In this document: positions 37,988 through 51,058 of the stretch, one piece after another
Layout: each line of letters starts with the position of its first letter
Position numbering within the stretch: position 1 is the stretch's first letter
DNA from: Balanoglossus misakiensis
Lineage: Eukaryota > Animalia > Hemichordata
Direction: 5' to 3'
Length of the DNA stretch: 64,000 nt
NCBI GenBank assembly: GCA_040954595.2
Contig: CM082580.2
Span: 2,656,783-2,720,782 of the forward strand
The notes under the pieces: model-generated
Seen by the model: only the letters and a program-made list of their open reading frames with translations
Databases searched by the model: none
Told to the model about the DNA's origin: nothing
Position numbers and translations under genes: made by a program

Positions 37988-40900
37988 CTATTGCCGAGCA
38001 TAGTCTATTGGTAATTTACTAGTCAGTTACAAAGTCATTGTATTTTGAAGGCATCTGTATTTTCCTTCTAGGTCTGGGGGTTTGTAGGACAGGTTCTTCA
38101 GGTTCCTTATCTGCCGTGTCTTCTTGGTGGCCAGGACTTGATTGCTGAGTGGTTTCCGGCTGAGGTCTCAGGTGTATTCTGTTCCTTCTCAGCTGGCTTC
38201 CTCCTTCTGTTTCGACTATGTAGGAGCGAGGTGTACTGGCTGTGCTTATAATCTTGGCAGGGGTCCATGTCTTTTTGATGGGACTCTGGACGTTGACCTT
38301 TTGACCTTCATACAGCTCCGGTAATGCTCTGGCATGTTGATTGTAGTGATGAATTTGTGTATCTTGGTATGATTTAAGGTGTTGATGGATTTCTTCGCGG
38401 TTCATCGGTGGTGTTATCTTCGTTGGAAGTGTGGTTTTGTATCTCCTGCCGTTTAGTAATTCAGCTGGTGACGCTATGTTAGTACTGAGTGGCGTTGCCC
38501 GTAGCGACAGCATTGCTATGTTGGGGTCTTCTCCAGTTCCCTTGCATTTGTTGAGTATCTTCTCAACCGTCTGGATGTGGCGTTCTATGAAACCATGGCC
38601 TTTTGGGTAATATGGCGATGAGGTTTTGATTTTGAAACCGTATTGTTCAGCGAAAGCCCGGTATTCTCTGGCAGTGAATTGTGAGCCGTTGTCACAGATG
38701 AGGACTTCTGGAATGCCCTGTTCTGAGAATAGGATTTTGCTAACTCTCAGTATTGTGCTCGCTCGCAAGTTTTCCAGTTTTCTTATGAACGGGAATTTCG
38801 AGTAGTAGTCTGCGATGATGAGGTGCCACGTGTCATTTGTGTAGAACAGATCAGCTCCTACAGTGTGCCATGGTCTTGGAGGGATTTCTGTGGGGATCAT
38901 GGGCTCTTTTTGTTGCGAGTTCTGGAATCTCTGGCATGCATCACACGTTGCGACTGCTTGTTCTATGTCTTTGTAGATCCCTGGCCAATATACGCATGAT
39001 TTGGCCCGAAGTTTGCACTTTTCCATTCCTAAGTGCCCTTGGTGGATTTGGTGCAGTATGTCCTGTCTCATGCTTGTGGGGATTAGTAGCCGACTGCCCA
39101 CTAGAAGTATGCCGTTCTCCACTGATATGTCATCGCGAATTGTCCAGTATTCACGTATGGCTAGTTGTATTTTCTTTATACTATCAGGCCAACCATGCAG
39201 TATTTGCTGTGTCAGTATTTGGAGTTTGGCATCTTTTGCGGTCTCTTCTCTGATTTGTGTCAGTTTGACTGGGGTGACGTTTGTCAGGTGGTGGATCTTT
39301 ACCTCCATTTCTGGTATTTCTTTCTTGTCATGTGGTGATAATCGTGATAGTGCATCAGCTATTACCATTTGTCTGCCCGGCCTGTATACTATGTCAAAGT
39401 CATATGGCTGTAAGCGAAGTAACATACGCTGTAGACGTGGTGGTGCTTGGGTCAGGTTTTTCTTGTGTATTTGTTCTAGTGGACGGTGGTCACTCACAAC
39501 CTGGAATTTTCGGGCATACAGGTATGTGTGGAATTTCTCACAGCCATATACTACTGCTAATAGCTCTCGTTCAATGTTTGCATATCTGCTTTCGGCAGGT
39601 GTCAGGGCCTTTGATGCGAAGGCAATTGGACGGTTGTCCTGTATCAGTACGGTTCCTATTCCTATGCCAGATGAGTCAACTTCTAAGGTTACTGGCTTCT
39701 TCTGGTCATAGTATTTCAGTGTTGTGTCTGCACTGATTAGGCATTTGATTGCGTTGAATCGCATGGTGTGTGATTCAGTCCACCTGAACTTTACATCTTC
39801 ATGGAGGAGCTCCCTCAATGGAGCAGTGTGTTCTGCCAGTTTGGGGATGTATGGACCCATGTAGTTTACTAGCCCAAGAAAGGTACGAAGCTCTTTCTTA
39901 TCACTCGGTGGTCGCATCATCTCAATGGCTTGAACTTTCTCTGGATTCGGCTTGACTCCTTTTTCTGTGTACAGGTTTCCAAAGAAACTGCACTCGGTGA
40001 CTTTTATTTTGCATTTGTCTTTGTTCAGCTTGATTCCTGCCTGTCTTGTTTTCTCCATGGCTTCATGGAGGTGAAGGTCATGGTTCTCTTCATCATAACC
40101 GTATACTTGGACATCATCTGTTATTCCGATGGCTCCGCTGCAGTCACGATATGCTTCATCTATCTTGTACTGGAATATGTCCTGGCTCATATTGAGGCCA
40201 AATGGCATGCGCAGGAACCGGTAGCGACCGAATGGGGTGTTGAAAGTGGTGAGCAGTGATGACTGTTCGTTCAACTTGACGTTCCAGTACCCGTTTTTGG
40301 CATCGAGTTTGCTGAATAGTTTTGCACCAGATAGCTTAGGAGTAATCTCCTCTAAGGTCGGTGTTGGGTGGTGTTCCCTCTTGATAGCCCTGTTCAGGTC
40401 TTTTGGGTCTAGGCACAATCGCAGTCTGCCATTGTCCTTTTCTCGGATCACTAGTGAGTTAACCCAGTCTGTTGGTTGGGTCACTTTGGTGATTATTTCT
40501 TTTTCTTCCATTTCTTTGAGTTCTACTTTAAGTCTATCTCTTAATTCTAGAGGTACTCGACGAGCTGCATGTATTACTGGTGTTATCTCTGGGTCTAGCG
40601 TGATATTGTATGTATAGTCTGTGAAACATCCAACAATGTCATCAAAGCAGTCAGGATACATTTCCATTAAATGTTCTTTGTTTTGTATTGGTGGTCGGTC
40701 TTTCAACGGTGTTGTGCTTTTGATGTAGTTGGGACGTGCTTCCTTTTGCTGATTGACTGGATTTGTCATATGTTTGGGTTGTTGGTGCTGACTGGCAGGC
40801 TCTGGTTGTTCTCTTGTGACTGTGTAGTGTAGTGATATCAGGCTCAGTGCTTGGCATGCTTTCAAACCGAGTATGGCTGGACCAGGCTCATCAGTTACGT

Positions 40901-42334
40901 AGAAAATGCAGTTAAATTTCCTTCCTCTGTGTTGGCAAGGAATTGTTACTGTTCCTAGTTGCTTGATCTTCGATCCACCATACGCTGTTAGGATTACCCT
41001 GGAATCCTGTAGTTCTCCTGCTTTTGGGTTGTCGGTACTGTCCAGTTTGTCTGGGTAGATCATTCGGTATAGTCGGATTGGGAGTATGTTGCTTTGTGCT
41101 CCTGTGTCGATTTTGCATTTTAGATCTATTTTCTGTTTCATATTAGGCCGATCGATGCGCAACAAGGTGAAAATTTCTTCTTTGTTGTCATTATCTGTCA
41201 GGACTGTGCCGATTGTTAGAGTTTCTTGTTCAATATCATCGGTATATTGACTTATGTCATGTATTTGTCTCCTGGTTGGATTGGTTTGCCTGCGGCTATA
41301 TTGGTTCGTGTCTGATCGACATACCGACTGCCAGTGGTTTTGTTTTCCGCATCTGTGACATCGACTACCATATGCTGGGCATTTGTGTCTGGGTAGTGCA
41401 TCATGTTTCTTCCCACAATTGGTGCATTGTTTCAGCTGTGTGGGTTTGGTATCAGTGGGTTGTTTCTTTATGGCGTCGACTGTGTTGCTGACTGGGTTTT
41501 CTGGTTTATTATTCAATGTTTTCATTTGTTTGCTAGTGGCTTCATGACTGCGGGCAACGTCTATTGCGTCCTTCAGCGTGAGTGTTTCGTCACGGCCGAT
41601 TAGTAGTTTCTGCACCTCGTGATGACAGGAGCCCCAAATCAGTTGATCCACTAACCTTTTTTCTTTTTCGTTACCGAATTTGCATTTTGCTGCGAGGTTC
41701 TTCATTCTTGAGATGAAGTTGTCTATTGGCTCATCATGGTTTTGTTTCAGATCTTGAAAGTTGTATCGGTGAATACGGTGGTTGGATTTTGGCTCTAGAT
41801 GTGTGGCAAACTTTTCGAATATTTTGTCAGGTTTCTTTTTATCATCTTCATCATCAAAAGTCCAACTGTTGTACATATCTAATCCCTTTTCACCAGACCA
41901 TAGTAACAGGTAGCTCACCTTTTCTTCATCAGCAGCCTCTTTCAGTGCACTTTTGAATGTAAGTTCGCATTTTTGTTTGAATCTCGAAAAGGCGATGGTT
42001 ATATCCGGGGCGTCCCAGTCCATCTGTGGCGGTGGTAGTTGGGCTTGTAATGACGCCATATTTGTGACTTGAAAAATGTCCGGTTGTTTCGGTCTATGTG
42101 TTTTTTTGTATGGGTATCTGGAGTCGCAGTATCGTAGTTTACCGCTGCCACCATGTAAAGCAATGTCACTGGTTAAAAGATGACTGGATGACTTTGATTG
42201 TGTAGGCTATAACACTGACGTTTATTCACTAGAGAGCAGCCATGATGAACAAGGGTTGATGGGTAATACAATGCTTGAATAAAGTTCACCACTGATGGCG
42301 CTATGCTGGAATCAATGTACTTAAGAATATAACA
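37488..42334 (-). mobile_element. Full-length Ty3/Gypsy (Mag-like) LTR retrotransposon
   Basis: 181-bp LTRs at 37488-37668 and 42154-42334 (TG..CA, identical by eye); 5-bp TSD atatc. PBS tggtggcagcggt (42141-42153, minus strand) is complementary to the tRNA-Leu 3' end. PPT aaacaagaaggga lies next to the 3' LTR. Confidence 0.97.
38019..42059 (-). CDS. Gag-Pol polyprotein (2 CCHC knuckles, protease, RT, RNase H, integrase)
   Basis: CTNCGKKH..C and CHRCGKQNHWQSVC; IDTGA; LRLCLDPKDLN, RMPFGL, ITDD; RYANIERELLAVV, SDHRPL; HQGHLG..C..C, DNGSQF, GFIER. Single 1346-aa ORF. Confidence 0.95.
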   Translation of the reverse strand: MASLQAQLPPPQMDWDAPDITIAFSRFKQKCELTFKSALKEAADEEKVSYLLLWSGEKGLDMYNSWTFDDEDDKKKPDKIFEKFATHLEPKSNHRIHRYNFQDLKQNHDEPIDNFISRMKNLAAKCKFGNEKEKRLVDQLIWGSCHHEVQKLLIGRDETLTLKDAIDVARSHEATSKQMKTLNNKPENPVSNTVDAIKKQPTDTKPTQLKQCTNCGKKHDALPRHKCPAYGSRCHRCGKQNHWQSVCRSDTNQYSRRQTNPTRRQIHDISQYTDDIEQETLTIGTVLTDNDNKEEIFTLLRIDRPNMKQKIDLKCKIDTGAQSNILPIRLYRMIYPDKLDSTDNPKAGELQDSRVILTAYGGSKIKQLGTVTIPCQHRGRKFNCIFYVTDEPGPAILGLKACQALSLISLHYTVTREQPEPASQHQQPKHMTNPVNQQKEARPNYIKSTTPLKDRPPIQNKEHLMEMYPDCFDDIVGCFTDYTYNITLDPEITPVIHAARRVPLELRDRLKVELKEMEEKEIITKVTQPTDWVNSLVIREKDNGRLRLCLDPKDLNRAIKREHHPTPTLEEITPKLSGAKLFSKLDAKNGYWNVKLNEQSSLLTTFNTPFGRYRFLRMPFGLNMSQDIFQYKIDEAYRDCSGAIGITDDVQVYGYDEENHDLHLHEAMEKTRQAGIKLNKDKCKIKVTECSFFGNLYTEKGVKPNPEKVQAIEMMRPPSDKKELRTFLGLVNYMGPYIPKLAEHTAPLRELLHEDVKFRWTESHTMRFNAIKCLISADTTLKYYDQKKPVTLEVDSSGIGIGTVLIQDNRPIAFASKALTPAESRYANIERELLAVVYGCEKFHTYLYARKFQVVSDHRPLEQIHKKNLTQAPPRLQRMLLRLQPYDFDIVYRPGRQMVIADALSRLSPHDKKEIPEMEVKIHHLTNVTPVKLTQIREETAKDAKLQILTQQILHGWPDSIKKIQLAIREYWTIRDDISVENGILLVGSRLLIPTSMRQDILHQIHQGHLGMEKCKLRAKSCVYWPGIYKDIEQAVATCDACQRFQNSQQKEPMIPTEIPPRPWHTVGADLFYTNDTWHLIIADYYSKFPFIRKLENLRASTILRVSKILFSEQGIPEVLICDNGSQFTAREYRAFAEQYGFKIKTSSPYYPKGHGFIERHIQTVEKILNKCKGTGEDPNIAMLSLRATPLSTNIASPAELLNGRRYKTTLPTKITPPMNREEIHQHLKSYQDTQIHHYNQHARALPELYEGQKVNVQSPIKKTWTPAKIISTASTPRSYIVETEGGSQLRRNRIHLRPQPETTQQSSPGHQEDTADKEPEEPVLQTPRPRRKIQMPSKYNDFVTD

Positions 42335-42386
42335 ATATCACTTTTCCAATTTACTTTGATTGTGTGAGTGAGACCCCCCCCCCTGG

Positions 42387-44094
42387 TCTTGTTAACGCCC
42401 CTCCATCCTTCGGACGTTTACCTCATCGGCTTCTGTGGGGAATCAGCCACGTCCGAAGGCTGAGAGTGTAAATTCTCTCCATCTCCTTCTCCACCCAACA
42501 TATTCATAGAGTCTGAGAGAGGTACCCGGCAGATCGTAAACCTTTCGTAGACAGAGACTTGCAACAAGTTTTCCGAGTAACACAAAGTTCTGGTTTATTA
42601 CTGGTCACACGTAAGAATTACACGACTCGATCCATGCTCGTTGACTCCCATCACGGATCTCCGGTGATAATGGTGTGATCTCAAATTTCACCACACCTTA
42701 TTAATACGTTAGTCAAGTATTAAGTCATAAAAGGAACACGTCATCTTAATATTTCTTAAACATGAACTTAGCGCGTGATATCTCTATCTCGTTCGGACAT
42801 GTATCAATTACACAATCTTGTTTACTCTGGGTCAAGTACCTATGTCAATACTGGAATAAGGGACCGTTCAGTTTTTACGGCCGGGGGGGGGCCGGCAAAA
42901 TCCAGGGGGGGGTCACTTAAATTTTGAAGTCCACAAGGGGAGGGGGGTCATCTGTTTTTTTTAAACGTTTAGGGGGGGTCACATACATTTGCCACCGAAC
43001 TTTTGCTTTTGAGTCCACAAAATTGCAGTTTCGCACACTTTATTTTACAAAATTTTCTAATGTGGGAGGGGGACACCCCCTCCCACACCCACCCCCTTTC
43101 ATTCTCCGCTACATTTCATTTTTTGCTGGTTTGTCTAGTGTACCAGGGCAGAGTGCTAGCCACCCCAACCCCACCGATGATAATATTTAACAAAGTGAAT
43201 ACATAAAGGAGAATAATTATTTAAACCATTTTGCATAACTGATAGTTTCGCGCTGCATCTTCTAAATACTAGAAGTTTTATAAATGATGTCATGACAAGA
43301 TGACGCCAAATCTTCTAACTTTGAGTGGAGTGGCAAAAAGTAAAATTGGTCCTCCCAAACATTGAGATAATTTGCTTTTGAGTTCAGTAAAATGCAACTT
43401 CGCGCTACATATTTTACAAAATTTTCTTATGTGGGCGGGGGACACCCCCTCCCACACCCACCCCCTCCATTCTTCGCCACATTGCATTTATTCACTGGTT
43501 TGTCTAGTGTACCAGGGAAGACTTCTTGCCACCACACCCCGATGCTTACTTTGAGTGGAGTGGCAAAATTAAAATTTGTCCTCCCTAACATTGAGTTAAT
43601 TTACTTTTGAGTTCATTACATTACAACTTTGAGCACCGTATTTTACAAAATTTTCTCACACCCCCCCCCCCTCCACTTTTCTTGTTTTACCGATTCTAGC
43701 AACTATTGTATTGACTTGTCATTTTAATTTGTTCATAGATTTCTTTATTGCAACGATATACTATTATATACTTCAATAATACTTTAAGAAATTTATAATT
43801 GAGGTGTGAGGAGCCTCATTCCCTTTATTGCATACAGTGTACATAGGATCAGGACGGCGAATGTTTTGGGCGTGGGGGGGGGTCATCATATTTTTGGGTC
43901 TGTCAAAGGGGGGGTCATCATTTTTTGGTGCTGGGTGAAGGGGGGTCGGCCTGATTTTGAGAACCGATGACACAAAGTTGCCGGGCCCCCCCCCCTGCCG
44001 TAAAAACTGAACGGTCCCTAAAATCATATACAAGTGAATGACTTCTTACGTAATCATAGAAAAGATCTATGAGCGTTAAAACTCAGTCGTGACA
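42387..44094. mobile_element. Probable solo LTR (~550 bp net) carrying a nested Harbinger MITE
   Basis: Inserted in the ccccctggaacagtgcg site with a ctgg duplication; right end cgtgaca, left end tcttgttaacg (imperfect); aataaa on the minus strand near 42595. Confidence 0.5.
42860..44018. mobile_element. Harbinger MITE family A, independent insertion in opposite orientation
   Basis: TIR gggaccgttcagtttttacggc / gccgtaaaaactgaacggtccc; perfect TAA TSD; reverse complement of 192-1371. Confidence 0.9.
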
Positions 44095-44753
44095 CTGGAA
44101 CAGTGCGAACAATGTTGTGGTACTAAGTAGAAAAAGTCGTATGCGAGAATTTTAGAAGGCCCTCCCCTAAAAATTGTTAATACCATTTTCATTGATAGTG
44201 TTGTTACTGTGGATGGTTGTTGTCAACGTACAAAACAGACTGTGTCAGCAAGCAAGTTAAAAGAACAGAAAAATATTCCCAGGTGACACATTTGTCAATT
44301 CTGGGAACAGCTGAATGTAACATCGGTTCTTTTGATGTCAAATTATTTGGATTCTATCAGTGAGTATTATGAAAATATCAAGTCGATAGAGATGACATCA
44401 CCAAGCACTTACTGCTGAAAAATATTTATTTGGGAAAGCTTGACAAAAAATTTGTTGAGTACGCATAAAATTATTCATTTTCAGTAATGCACTAAAATTA
44501 TACTGAGTAATCATTTGCACAAGCGCAAGTTAGAGATTCAACCTAACTAAAACAATACCCCAACAAATTGTCCACATGTCCACGGACAGTTACATGAAAT
44601 TGTTCCATTCACTTTCTATAATACATACTACTTGCGTGAATCGAGGCGTACATAGGCCTACATGCACTTCAGTAAATATATACTATGTTAGCAATATCTT
44701 ACACCAACTCTCATAGGTTTAATGCACATTTATAACACCGTGGGATAATATTA

Positions 44754-45196
44754 TGAGGTTATTACGAAAATACCGCAAAGTATGCACTCGGACATTAGCG
44801 CCGTGTATCGCCCGACACGTAGCGGAGGGCGATGCGCTGCGCTAATGTCCGAGTGCATACTTTGCGGTATTTTCGTAATAACCTTATTATTATACATCTT
44901 ACATCTCCGTTAGTTCTTGTGTTGCATGTAACTTGGCTTTCAAAACGCCCAAAATGCCGATACAATCGATCGAAAACCGCTCAGTTGACTCAGTGAGCAG
45001 CCATCTTTCTTTTTTGTTTACGTGCGTTGGAGTGGGGGTGTCTTGAAACCGTCCGCATAGCAACGCATACCTGTACACAGTGAGTTGGGGCGCCTTGAAA
45101 CTTAAGGCGTATTTAACACGCGTTCCGTTGGTACCGTTCCGTACGGCTTTTTTAGTGCACGCTAAATTCTATTGTTCTCGGTGCCAGATGTATAAT
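44754..45196. mobile_element. Hairpin-bearing element, same insertion as 27372-27825
   Basis: Near-identical sequence and junctions. Confidence 0.7.
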
Positions 45197-45938
45197 AATA
45201 GTTGTCATTCATCACTCGCTTTAAAGCAATCCTGTCAACGTTTTAAGGGTATATTTGTGAATGTTTTATGCATTTAAGATTTCGGAAAATAGAAGACATT
45301 TATCATCGAGATTCTGACCATTGGCATTTTGAAAACAAAACATAATTCACTTAATAATGTTGCTATTTTCGAAACATCTGACATCACTTTCTGGTCTTTT
45401 TTGGCGGAAGTCCATATTCATGCATATTTCTTTCACGGACTTGACTTTGTTGAGTGTGAAGCAAATACTGTATATTTGACCTATAAACTTAAGACTTGTG
45501 TCTTCTTTCTTTCTTTCTTCTTTTCTTTCTTTTGTATGTATTACTAACCAAGTGTTCTACCGTTCACCATGAGGGGATGGACTTGACTAGTGCGAATGCA
45601 CTATTTTTCCTACCTCCTTTTTTCACTTTATCAGTACATTTTTCACCATTCGATGTAAAAATTGAAAGTGAAATAAAATTGAATTGAATTGAATTGAATT
45701 GAAATTGAATTGAATGGGTTTTCTCTCAATTATTTCTTACATTATTCATACATGCCATTCATCTGACATTGGGAAATATAACGGAATATATAATTTCATG
45801 CAGATCATATTTCAATTTAACTTGAAATCTGCTATTCACACGTTTTCTTGTTTATGTCTCTATGGCAACACTGGTATAGTTAAATGAGTGAGTTTATAAC
45901 TCTCTAGATCACAACAAGTCTTGATAGAAACACTGAAT

Positions 45939-48900
45939 ATGTATTACCTGGCAAGTCTCGTTTTTATATTGCTATATTGTGCTTATATTGCTATGTCGGT
46001 ACAAGGTAAGTGTACAAAAGACACATGGACTAAAATCTAACCTTAGACGGTGTTTTTGTCAATTTGTGATATTTCTGTGGCCTTTATCCTTACTAGATCT
46101 ATTAGCGTGCAGTTTAGGTAGATCTTATATATATTTTCTGTGTTAATATAGGATATTTTAAACTGAAGCGATTTAAGCTGACATTTTCTTTATTTTTGTT
46201 CCAAAAATTTTATAAAACCGCTCGAGAAATTGCACTTAAATTTATTATGAACGTATAAAGGCATGCATATCTCTTTAATGCACTTTAAAATCATTGCACA
46301 GTTAACAATATTCGAGTATTTTTGTCATTCGTGGTATTAAAATTAATTTTGAGAATGCGCTTTTGTGTCCTACTTATTTTCTTGTTACTTGTCAATATTA
46401 TTGTAACCAACATATTGTATTTGGGAGCAATTTTGCGCAAAAACTCCTATTTCAAGAAATCCCTTGTCTGACTGCCTTGTGATTTGGTTTATAGGGTCAT
46501 GCCGAAATAGTCGTGGAAATATTGTACTTGCGATCAGTTCTTCCTGATTTGTGGTCAAAAACTAAAAAATGGCTTGCCGAAATTTTGTTTGAGGATCCTT
46601 GGGTATTCGTATCATGAGTAAACAAATAACTAAGTCAATCCCATGTCTATAACGGAAGCAAAACTGGCTATATTGCAAATAAATTTGCGTCATGTGTAAA
46701 ACAGTTTGTAATAAGTCTTCTCTTGACTGTCCTAAACAGCTTATAGTTAACAACATTGCAAACCTCATACGTCTGTTATATTCTACATTCTATTTCTTTT
46801 TGTCAGGATGCGATGAGAGATACAGACTGAGAAATGGAGAGGCAGTTCGAGTTAGTTCTCCAAACCATCCAGATGATGATCACGACATCATTCTTGAGTG
46901 TACTTGGACCCTGACCAATACTGATGGTGGACTAATAATAGTCTGCTTCAGTCATTTCGAGTTAGTCTCGCAAAATGACTCCATTTCACTTTTAGACGAG
47001 GGAAACGACAGCCATACCAGACAAAGGACCACACATACACACGATAATAGGCGTAGTGTCCCACCCATCTTTGTATCGTTAGGTGATGTCGCTTATATAA
47101 TTTGGACAACAAGTGAGCAAAATACTGGATCATTTCATGCGACTGTAACTGCAGTGGAAAGTGAGTATCAAGTGTTTCATTTCAATTATCTCTCAATTGA
47201 ACAACAACAACAACAATGACGGTGTCAAAATGTGTTTATTTTTCTTTATTTTTAATATCTTATCGTCATCGTCACCGTCATTATTTGGGTTGGGAGATCG
47301 AGATTCCTGTGTCAATACCGCTATTAATAATGCACATTTCAAATGGAAAATTGTCGCCGATCTCCATGTTACGTCTACAAAGAAAACCCAGGTGACTTTC
47401 ATGAAAACAAATCTTCTCACATATGTAGCAAAGGTTTTGAGGGCTATCATTTATCTGAAAATTTGTTCCCAGAGGCTTATGATGCGTCAGTGTAGAGGGT
47501 GGTATACCGGTAGGCCAAGCACACATACTTGCATGAGTGTCATAGTAAAGTCATCCAATGATTGTTTTTTTATAATAATAAATTTGTGTACCAAAACACT
47601 CAATGTTGGCATGAAGGTTACACCTGTATATTAAAATCTACTGGATTGAATGGCCAAATATTTTCTCAAATAAGCATATCTAATAGTGTTTGTGTAATGT
47701 TCTCATTTGTACAATATAAATATTCTTCATCAGTGACTTGCGTTGAAGCTCAACGTTCAGATGCCCAGGGCACTATGCTCGCTGCTTTAATTTCGTACCA
47801 TCATTTCTATACATTTCTACCCAATACACTTTTGCATTATATTTCTTATGTAGGTTCCGTCTCTGTGGACGCATGTCCAGTTGTATCAGGTGTAAGTATT
47901 AAACCAGACAGCTGAAAGGAATTCTTTTTAAAATGCAACATAAGAGCGCAGTTTGAGTCAAGTGCAGCGCCCCCAATGGGCAAGGAACGAGTAAGCTTCA
48001 GAACACGCTCTCCTGATGAGCGAATGAGGGCGTGGTTCAAACGAATATAGTTAACAATGATTATTTACCATTCAAAGTTTAGATCAAGACAATAAATATT
48101 TGTCAATATATATCCGCGCGAAAGACGTGTGCCATCACATGGACTAGGTCATTCGATGACTTAGACTTGCCCTCTCGTCATTAGAATATGTAGATTTCAA
48201 GTAATCAAATTTTTAAGTACTCTGACAGTAAAACAAAATTGGAAAAATATGATAAATAATATGAAAACTCTGAAAAATATTTATATTTGGTTTACTGTAC
48301 GACTATCTTGGAACTTTTATAGACTTTCAAAAGTCAAAATGAACTAACAAATGCTTCATTGTGTCATTTCTGAACTCCGCCAGGTGCTTGAACCATTTCA
48401 TCTAGCATCTGCTATGATCAAGGAATTAATGGATCTAAAGCTGCCTCTAGATGCAAGTCGGAACATAGCTAAAGGCAAGCGATTTCACATTTCTGACAAA
48501 AATTAGACGTTCCAGTTCACGATGTCCAGACGCTGGAAACTTTGCAATGAACATATATTTGAACATCATGTGTTAGACTAATGTTGAAGTGATGCCCGAA
48601 TATAATCTATATATGTAATGAATAACGGACAATAGGGAAATGCATATTACTCATTCTGCCTCTCAGTTTCACTTTTAAATCTTACAGAAATCCTGATGCT
48701 TCTGGATGAAGGCATTGTGACTCTTCCGTCGCCGGCCGATAATGAAACAACAGACGCGTTGACCAAGTTCCTTCTAAACGCAACTGATTCCCTCGCGAAG
48801 TCTGTTCTACGTGGGGTGGAACTTGGCAGTGGGCCAGTTATCATACATTCAGAATTCTTTCAATTGCATTTGGAAAGCGATTCTGTGGTGCATCTTACCA

Positions 48901-50599
48901 ACACCTCTTTATTACTCCGAGGCGGTAATGGTGTGAAATTTCCACCGGCAGAGAAGATGTTCTCCAATTTAACCGCTGGAGCAATTGTTAACAGGATTGT
49001 AAGAATCTAACCCTTGTTGTTGAACATGTTATCGCTTCTCTCTCAGTCTCTATTTCCTTAACCACACTCTGTAAACACATGGCAATGAAGTTTATAATAC
49101 ATTATCGCCCATAGGTTAGTGTTTTTAACAGAAGTTTGCTTCTTCAAGACTACAATGGACGGAACACACTTCCAAGAAAATTTGTGTTGAGCTTGTCGTT
49201 TACTGATAGAGAAGGCAGAGAGTTAGAAGGTATTATATTATCATCACAATATTGCTTTCTAATATATGGTATGAGTTGGAATCGGATAAAATCTAAAATT
49301 GAAAGATTTGTATGAACTCGTAACTTGGTTTGTCTGTAAATATGGCTATGCAATATATATTTTCTTTTCAGCATAAAAGTTATTCTCTATTCACTCTTCC
49401 AGTGAAAGATACTAAAGAAGACATTGAAATTACATTTGCTAGTGAAGCACCTGAGCCAGAAACCGTCTCATTGATCGAAGGTTGGTACACTGAAGTCCAT
49501 GACGTCACATATTTTGGATTAAATGTCGAAGTAGAGGTAGGTGAATGGAAATAAAACTAGTGAAATCAATTCTGATTATGTATATTGCTTGTGCTATCGG
49601 CGAGCCAATACTAACTAACTGTTAGCAAAAAGTGTTTATATTTCTCACAAAAATAATATTCATTCTATATATATTTTATCGTCGCAGATAGCATGGTTGT
49701 TCCAACCATTTATCATTAAGTTTGAAAATTGCAAACCTCTGTACGGAAATACAACAGTGTACGTCTTCAATGAACTTACGGCTTACTCTGACAAATACGT
49801 AGGATACCAGTTCGCTGTTGATATGGAATTTGCAGGAAATTTTTCCACGGTGTTCATCCCAGAATACTATTTCTTAAGAACTGGAGAATATTATTTCACA
49901 TTTACCATTCCCCACAGTAAGTGTCCATGTTTAACATTTACCTTACACTGCACTGAAGTATTGTAAACATTTGCTGTTTAAAGCACATTTAATAGCTTGT
50001 GCATTGTCATGCATCATTTAAATTTACAGGTTCAAACCTATTATTTGTATCAGAACCTATCCTATCAATTCATGTAGTAAGAAAGTCTGAACTACTAGGC
50101 CAAAATGCATGAGTCTACATCCGGGGTTTTAAGAGTCGACGTCACCACCACGTCAAAAAGAATACAACTTCTTTGAGGTACCCTAACTTCTTTCTATTCT
50201 TTCCATTTTGTAGAGCAAGATATCCAGTTTGCATACACTGTCATACAAACTAGGTGTGATTATCTGAATATCCAGACTGACAGCTGGGAGAGTGACGGTT
50301 GCCAGGTATGCACAATGGTTCCTCAAAATATAATTTGGATTTAGCAGAATCAATTTTGTAATTTGAACCTAACCGAATTCAATGCATCCTTTAGATATGA
50401 CACAACTCAAACAGTAGGCAGGAGAAATTTGAGAACCTGTAATACTTTGTCATATTACTCACAGAAATGTTCCAACTTTTCAGCATTTATTTTAAATCCG
50501 TAGGTTTCACCATTATCAAACGCCACCTCCACTGTGTGTGTGTGTAACCACCTGACGACATTTACATCCAGAATGGCGACAACAATGATATTACCCTAG
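45939..50599 (+). CDS. Secreted CUB + GAIN/GPS protein, copy 4 (~508 aa)
   Basis: Exons 45939-46005, 46807-47160, 47854-47891, 48384-48474, 48688-48998, 49115-49229, 49403-49536, 49688-49916, 50214-50305, 50504-50599. Ends SNATSTVCVCNHLTTFTSRMATTMILP*. Confidence 0.88.
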
Positions 50600-50671
50600 A
50601 AAACGATTGGTTACATTCTAACCCATGATGCATTGTGCTTTCCAACATGGCGGCGAACCAGTTGGTCCCAC

Positions 50672-51058
50672 TAGTCTGGTCCCCTGCCCCAATCCCACCG
50701 CTGGCTGCGCTACGCTAAAGGGAAAGGGGTCAGGTACGGGCCGATTTCACACCCAGAAACCTGGGAAGACCACGTGATCATAAACAAGATGGATGCCTCC
50801 AATGTCCGTACGCCAGTCAAGATTCATCCAGGCAGTTTATTTTGTTTCGTTTGTTGTAAAGTTGGAAATCGAATGATAAACATTCATGGAGGTGAAGGAG
50901 AGAACGGGAAATGAGTATCTTACAACAACATATCGACTTAACAACTTAATGTTCGTATGTATTGACCAATGAGAGCCATGTTTACAATAGGCCGTGCCTG
51001 ACCCTTTCCCTTTAGCGTAGCGCAGCCAGCGGTGGGATTGGGGCAGGGAACCAGACTA
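50672..51058. mobile_element. TAG...CTA MITE with ~68-bp TIR and 10-bp TSD (Academ-like), in the putative 3' UTR of copy 4
   Basis: TIR tagtctggt(c/t)ccctgccccaatcccaccgctggctgcgctacgctaaagggaaaggg; TSD ttggtcccac at 50662-50671 and 51059-51068. Confidence 0.85.

Noticed and set aside
38142-41956. Plus-strand ORFs overlapping gag-pol (and 17920-18396 over LINE ORF1)
   Set aside because: Antisense shadows of real coding frames.
42141-42153. tRNA-like 3' end accgctgccacca
   Set aside because: Only 13 nt next to the LTR; it is the primer-binding site, not a tRNA gene.
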